DNA of 64,000 nucleotides from Gammaproteobacteria bacterium (GTDB lineage Bacteria; Pseudomonadota; Gammaproteobacteria; JBCCGL01): NCBI GenBank assembly GCA_965277715.1, contig OZ255836.1, positions 1,760,001 to 1,824,000 of the forward strand, read 5' to 3'. Shown piece by piece: positions 59,201 to 64,000 of this stretch (position 1 is its first letter; each line of letters starts with the position of its first letter). The notes under the pieces were generated by a model. It saw only the letters and a program-made list of their open reading frames with translations, ran no database searches and was not told where the DNA came from. The position numbers and the translations under genes were made by a program.

Positions 59201-60949
59201 TTAGCGCTGTGTGAGATCGATGACGCGTGATACTTCCTGTAAAGATGTAAGGCCTTCCCGCACACGCCGCAAGCCGTCTTCTGCCAACGGGATAAAGCCC
59301 GATTTTATCGCCGCCTGTTGAATCTCAAAACGGCTGGCCCGCGCCACAATCAGCTCGTCGATATGCTGGTTGATGCGCAGTACTTCCATCAGCGCAATAC
59401 GCCCCCGGTAACCCTGATAATCACAGCCTGCGCAGCCCACTGCTTTGTATAGCTGTAGGTCATCAGTCGGCGGTTCAGGGTGTTTATCGGTGTCACCATC
59501 CGCTGCGACAATGCAGTGCTCAATGGGGGTCGCGGTGTAGGCCTGTTTACAGTGTTCGCAGAGGCGCCGCACCAGGCGTTGCGCCACAATACCGATGATA
59601 TTGCCCGCCAGCACATCGGGCAGTATGCCAATATCCAGCAGGCGTGGAATGGCCCCCACCGCTGAGTTGGTGTGCAGGGTGGAGTACACCTGGTGGCCGG
59701 TCATGGCGGCGCGAAACGCCATGTCGGCGGTGTCCCGGTCGCGAATCTCACCCACCAGAATCACATCCGGGTCTTGCCTTAATATGCTGCGGATACCATT
59801 GGCAAAGTCCAGCTTGATGGCATCGTTGACCGTACTTTGGCGGATCATCGGCATGGGGTACTCAACCGGGTCTTCCAGGGTCATGATATTGATGCTTTCT
59901 GTGTTGAGGTGGCCCAACATCGAATACAGCGTGGTGGTTTTACCACTGCCGGTCGGCCCGGTAACCAGGATGATACCCTCCGGGCGCGCCATCATGGTGT
60001 GTAGGGTGTCGAGCGCCGTGTGGCTGAGGCCCAGTGCATCGGGGGGCATAATGCCCTGGTCGCGATCCAGAATGCGCAGCACGATATTTTCGCCGTGAGT
60101 GGTGGCCATGGAGGCCACGCGAAAATCGATCTGGTGGCCGCCGATGCCCAGCGAGATACGCCCATCCTGGGGGGCGCGGGTTTCGGCAATGTTCATGCCG
60201 GCCATCACTTTGAGCCGCACAGCAATTGCCGACCAGTAGTTTTTGTGTAGGCTGCGGATCTGTCGCAATACGCCATCAATGCGGTAGCGAATCCGCAAAA
60301 AACCGGCCTCTGGTTCAAAGTGAATATCTGAGGCGCTACGCTTTACCGCATCGGACAGAATCGCATCTACCAGGCGTACCAACGGCTGGCTGTATTCGTT
60401 TGTCTCTGCGGCCAGGCTGGCGTAGTCGATCTCACCGGTTTCGATTTCGTGGAGGATGCCGTCGACACTCAGCTCATGGCCGTAAAACTGATCGATGGCA
60501 TCTTCCACCTCGGCTTTGCCTGCCAGTAGCGTGACAATCCCGACCTGGTTGCCAAGCTGTGCCTTGAGTCGATCCAGGGCCATGAGGTTGTGTGTATCGG
60601 TCATGGCAATGCTCAGTTGTGGCGGTTGTGCCTGCCAGGAGACGGGCACCAGGCTGTAGCGGCGGGCCATGTCTTTGGGCACGCGCTGTAAGGCCGTGCT
60701 GTCTGGCACCACGCTGGTCAGCGCAATGCTCGCCTGGCCGAGTGCCTGGCCCAGTTCGTCACGCAGCATGGACTCGCTAATAAACCCCAGTTTGACCAGG
60801 ATATGCCCGAGTTGGTTGGTGTGGTTGTGGCGGCTATGGTCGCTATTGTTGTCCTGATCGATCAGCGCGATACGCAACTGATCGCGGCTGATTTGCCCAC
60901 CGCGCACCAATAATTCGCCAAGCAGTTTATTGTTTGGTTTGCTCATCAT
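59201..60949 (-). CDS. GspE/PilB/MshE family assembly ATPase
   Basis: N-terminal LGELL (MshEN-like), ASDIHFEP, GPTGSGKTTT, EDPVE, RQDPDVILVGEIRD, TGH, CxxC pairs. Confidence 0.95.
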   Translation of the reverse strand: MMSKPNNKLLGELLVRGGQISRDQLRIALIDQDNNSDHSRHNHTNQLGHILVKLGFISESMLRDELGQALGQASIALTSVVPDSTALQRVPKDMARRYSLVPVSWQAQPPQLSIAMTDTHNLMALDRLKAQLGNQVGIVTLLAGKAEVEDAIDQFYGHELSVDGILHEIETGEIDYASLAAETNEYSQPLVRLVDAILSDAVKRSASDIHFEPEAGFLRIRYRIDGVLRQIRSLHKNYWSAIAVRLKVMAGMNIAETRAPQDGRISLGIGGHQIDFRVASMATTHGENIVLRILDRDQGIMPPDALGLSHTALDTLHTMMARPEGIILVTGPTGSGKTTTLYSMLGHLNTESINIMTLEDPVEYPMPMIRQSTVNDAIKLDFANGIRSILRQDPDVILVGEIRDRDTADMAFRAAMTGHQVYSTLHTNSAVGAIPRLLDIGILPDVLAGNIIGIVAQRLVRRLCEHCKQAYTATPIEHCIVAADGDTDKHPEPPTDDLQLYKAVGCAGCDYQGYRGRIALMEVLRINQHIDELIVARASRFEIQQAAIKSGFIPLAEDGLRRVREGLTSLQEVSRVIDLTQR

Positions 60950-61995
60950 TATTCGGGTTCCAATACACGCAGGCGCTGGTTGACTTGTACCAGGTCAAAG
61001 CCACTGGCGTGGACGTTCGATAAATCCAGTGCGCGGTGATAAAAGTCGGCAGCGGCGGCGAATTTACCGAGGTGATCCAGGCTTACGGCGAGGTTGTAGG
61101 CAATATCCGGGTTTTCCTGATCCTGGCTAAACGCGGCAAAAAAATATTGCTGTGCCTCCGCCCAGCGTTGTTGTCGGCTGAGTAGGTTGCCCAGTGCGTA
61201 GTTGAGTGGTGCGGCGTCTGGTGCCTGCTGCAATAACACGCGCAAGTCTGAGATATAGCGTGCGGTATCGCCCTGTTGTGTCAGTGTATTAAACCCGGCC
61301 AATGCTGTGTAATCGCGTGGGTTGCGCAGTAACAGGCGGTGATAAATATCGATAGCGCCCTGTGGGTGGGTGTTTCTCTGGTGGAGTGCCGCTTGTCCCA
61401 GCAGAGCATCGCGGTGCTGGGGTGCACGCTGCAATGCCTGTTTGTATAAGTTTTGTGCCACATCAAAGTGGTTGTCCTGGTATGCCGTATAAGCCTCGTA
61501 TACCAGCGTATCCACAGTGCGCTGCTCTTTGTTATGGGTGATATGCAACGTCGCCGCTCGAGTATTCGTGGGTATATCGTGCGTGGTTGCAGCCGGTGTT
61601 GTGGGTGTTGCGCCGCCTGCCTGATACCAATCAATAGAAAAGGGTTTATTTCCCAGGAAGGGAACAGACGACGCAGATGCCACTTTAACCGCCTGGCCCG
61701 TTTGCTGTTGCCTGGATTGTCGATCTGGCCATTGTCCGGGTTGAAACCCGCCGGGCACAGGCAGTGAGAAGTCCGTGGATGGCAACAACACATCCGGCAG
61801 TGTCTCTGTCGGTGATAACAGCACGATTGCCGATGCGCGGGTATGGCTAAGTTGTTGTTGCAATGTCCTGCTGCGTTCCTCAACGGCGTAATAGCCCGCC
61901 CCGGCACAACCGCCACTGAGTAGTACGGCACACAGCACCCTGATCAGCGGGATACGCCAGGTTAATGGTTTTTGTAATGCCGTGTTGATAAGCAC
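60949..61995 (-). CDS. TPR protein (MshN-like)
   Basis: Transmembrane helix then TPRs: LGNLLSRQQRWAEAQQYFF, AYNLAVSLDHLG. Confidence 0.75.
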   Translation of the reverse strand: MLINTALQKPLTWRIPLIRVLCAVLLSGGCAGAGYYAVEERSRTLQQQLSHTRASAIVLLSPTETLPDVLLPSTDFSLPVPGGFQPGQWPDRQSRQQQTGQAVKVASASSVPFLGNKPFSIDWYQAGGATPTTPAATTHDIPTNTRAATLHITHNKEQRTVDTLVYEAYTAYQDNHFDVAQNLYKQALQRAPQHRDALLGQAALHQRNTHPQGAIDIYHRLLLRNPRDYTALAGFNTLTQQGDTARYISDLRVLLQQAPDAAPLNYALGNLLSRQQRWAEAQQYFFAAFSQDQENPDIAYNLAVSLDHLGKFAAAADFYHRALDLSNVHASGFDLVQVNQRLRVLEPE

Positions 61996-61996
61996 G

Positions 61997-63652
61997 TTAA
62001 CTGTTCTCCGAGGCCTTAAAATATGGCTTAAACGTTTTCAAATCACTATCGAGGCTGGCGTTATCCACGACTGTGGGGCGCAGAAACACCAGCAGTTCGG
62101 TTTTCACTACTTCATCCTGTTGATAGGAAAACACCTTGCCAATGATCGGCAGGCTGGATAAACCGGGCACACCGCTGCTGCGCTTGTCGATTTTGTCTTG
62201 CATCAGCCCGCCGATAATCGCCACCTGGCCGCTGTTGACGCGCAGTAGTGATTCCATTTCACGCACCTGTATCTCGGGTATGCGGTTGACCACGCCCTCT
62301 TCGGCGAGATCCGGGTTGGGGTCATTAATAAACCCCAGGATGCGCGAGATACTGGGGCGCACATTGAGGATCACCTCGTGGTTTTCGCTGATAAACGGTG
62401 TCACATTCATCACAAACCCCACTGGCACGGTATGAATTTGGGTTTCACGCGTAGCGGGCTGGGTGATTTCACCGTCGGTATTGGTAATCGCCGGGTTGAC
62501 GGAAAGGGTGAAATACACACGGTTATCCACCACTTTCAGTACCGCTGTCTGGTTGTTCAGGGCGATGATTTTCGGGCTGGACAAAATTTGTACATCGCCG
62601 AATTGATTGAGTAGCTTGAGCGTTGACAGGACATTGCCAATGCCCGCTGTCGGGTCGCTGTAACTGAGCAGGAAGTTGGGTGCAACGGTGCCCGCCGCCG
62701 CCGCGCCACCGCCGGTAAACGATTGGGCGAGACTAAAGCCTCCGCTGTCATCACTGAGCACCTGCCAGTCGACACCTGCCTGGTAGCGGTCGCTCAGGGT
62801 GATTTCCACCACAGTCGCCTCGATCAGTGCCTGGCGGCGGGCGCTGGACATGATGCGGTCGATGAAGCCCTGTAATTCAGTGTGCTGGCGGCGGGTGGCG
62901 CGCACAGAAATCAACCCGGATTCGCGGTGCACAATCACCGCATTGGTGTCGTCCGCTGTATCCGCATTGCCGGGTGTACCGAGCATCTGTGCGATATTGT
63001 TTACCAGCGAATCCCAGAACAGATTGCTGGAACTATTGTGTATCTGGGTTTGCGAGTTATTAGAGCCGCTACCGTTCGTTGCGCCGTCGATATCGACACT
63101 AATCGAACCGATTTGCGTGGCCAGATCGACCCGGCTGGTGGCGGTGCGGGACATGTTCAGGTAATCGACCGCGTAGGTTTGCAGGTAGGGTTGATCGTCT
63201 GAAATAATCAGGTGATTGTCACTCACTTGATAGCGAATCGGTGCTTGCAGGGTAATCCGGTCGAGGATTTTTATCAGGGTTTGATCGATGGCGTTGAGCG
63301 TAATCATCGCCTCGGTATCGCCAATAATGTCGATATTCAGTGCCGCGTCCCGCGCCAGTGCAAATAGTAGTTCGCGCAGGGGTACGCGGTTGACGACCAC
63401 TGTGTACGTCTCCTGCTGTGTTTGTGGTTGTGGCGCTGGCAGATAGGGTGATGTGGTTAATACGTCTGGTATTGGTGTGTCTGGTGGCGCTGTATTGGTG
63501 GGGTGGTTTGATAGCTGTGCGCTACCGGCGGGTGTATCGGTACTGATATGCCCCCCGGATAATTGAATGGGGTTGTTACGGGCACAAGCTGAGAGGCCAA
63601 TGGCTGTGATCAGCAGTATTGTGCCGATAGAACAGACTTTCCGTGTAATCAT
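61997..63652 (-). CDS. Lipoprotein secretin (MshL-like)
   Basis: Lipobox LSAC, LFALARDA, VDYLNMSR, QALIEA.VVE, SSPKI..LNNQ.A, GGLM, KTELLVFLRP. Confidence 0.9.
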   Translation of the reverse strand: MITRKVCSIGTILLITAIGLSACARNNPIQLSGGHISTDTPAGSAQLSNHPTNTAPPDTPIPDVLTTSPYLPAPQPQTQQETYTVVVNRVPLRELLFALARDAALNIDIIGDTEAMITLNAIDQTLIKILDRITLQAPIRYQVSDNHLIISDDQPYLQTYAVDYLNMSRTATSRVDLATQIGSISVDIDGATNGSGSNNSQTQIHNSSSNLFWDSLVNNIAQMLGTPGNADTADDTNAVIVHRESGLISVRATRRQHTELQGFIDRIMSSARRQALIEATVVEITLSDRYQAGVDWQVLSDDSGGFSLAQSFTGGGAAAAGTVAPNFLLSYSDPTAGIGNVLSTLKLLNQFGDVQILSSPKIIALNNQTAVLKVVDNRVYFTLSVNPAITNTDGEITQPATRETQIHTVPVGFVMNVTPFISENHEVILNVRPSISRILGFINDPNPDLAEEGVVNRIPEIQVREMESLLRVNSGQVAIIGGLMQDKIDKRSSGVPGLSSLPIIGKVFSYQQDEVVKTELLVFLRPTVVDNASLDSDLKTFKPYFKASENS

Positions 63653-64000
63653 GTGTGTTGCTTCGCCTGAATAAACCCGATCCTTGTTTTTATCGGCAGG
63701 AAATCCATTAACTATACTGATAATTAACGGTTTCTTTGTAGGTGTGCGCTACCCTGCGATGCGAAAACCGATCGATCCATTGCCAGAATCGGGATTATTA
63801 AACAACGGTGGATTTTTCGGTGATTTGTCATACTGTATCGACTGGCAGAATAAATCTGTGAAAAATTACCTTTTTTCAGGTTTTAGTTACATTGTGTTGA
63901 GTGTATGGAAAGATCTTGGATGTAGTGAGTACGAACTGCATCAGTCCCAGTTTATGTAAATCTGTTATTCCCGTGTCTTTGTAATAAACCGACCCTAATT

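Overview
64 kb of chromosome from a gammaproteobacterium (inferred from cysB, cysI and an MSHA/T2SS-like operon), heavily scarred by decayed IS elements. In order, the window holds: an M20 amidohydrolase, dpaL and a HEAT-repeat gene; cysB, DUF934 and cysI with a fully palindromic 175-bp MITE; a membrane-fused spermidine-synthase-like operon; a DUF1624 gene and lnt; a small secreted protein resembling an AB5 toxin B subunit; a decayed three-gene Mu/Tn7-like transposon; and an Rhs locus. The 2358-aa Rhs/YD protein has a signal peptide, seven near-identical FG-GAP repeats and a C-terminal NlpC/P60/CHAP-like toxin, and is followed by a lipoprotein immunity candidate and a short array of CTAGCCTGACCCCTTTT repeats. 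Further on are IS4/IS3 relics, two catabolic clusters each with a non-pyrrolysine MttB-family methyltransferase, nested IS1595/IS3/ISKra4 relics, a low-GC DMT/AraC pair and the pilus/secretion operon. No rRNA, tRNA or CRISPR-Cas was seen. All family calls come from motif recognition by eye; no searches were run.
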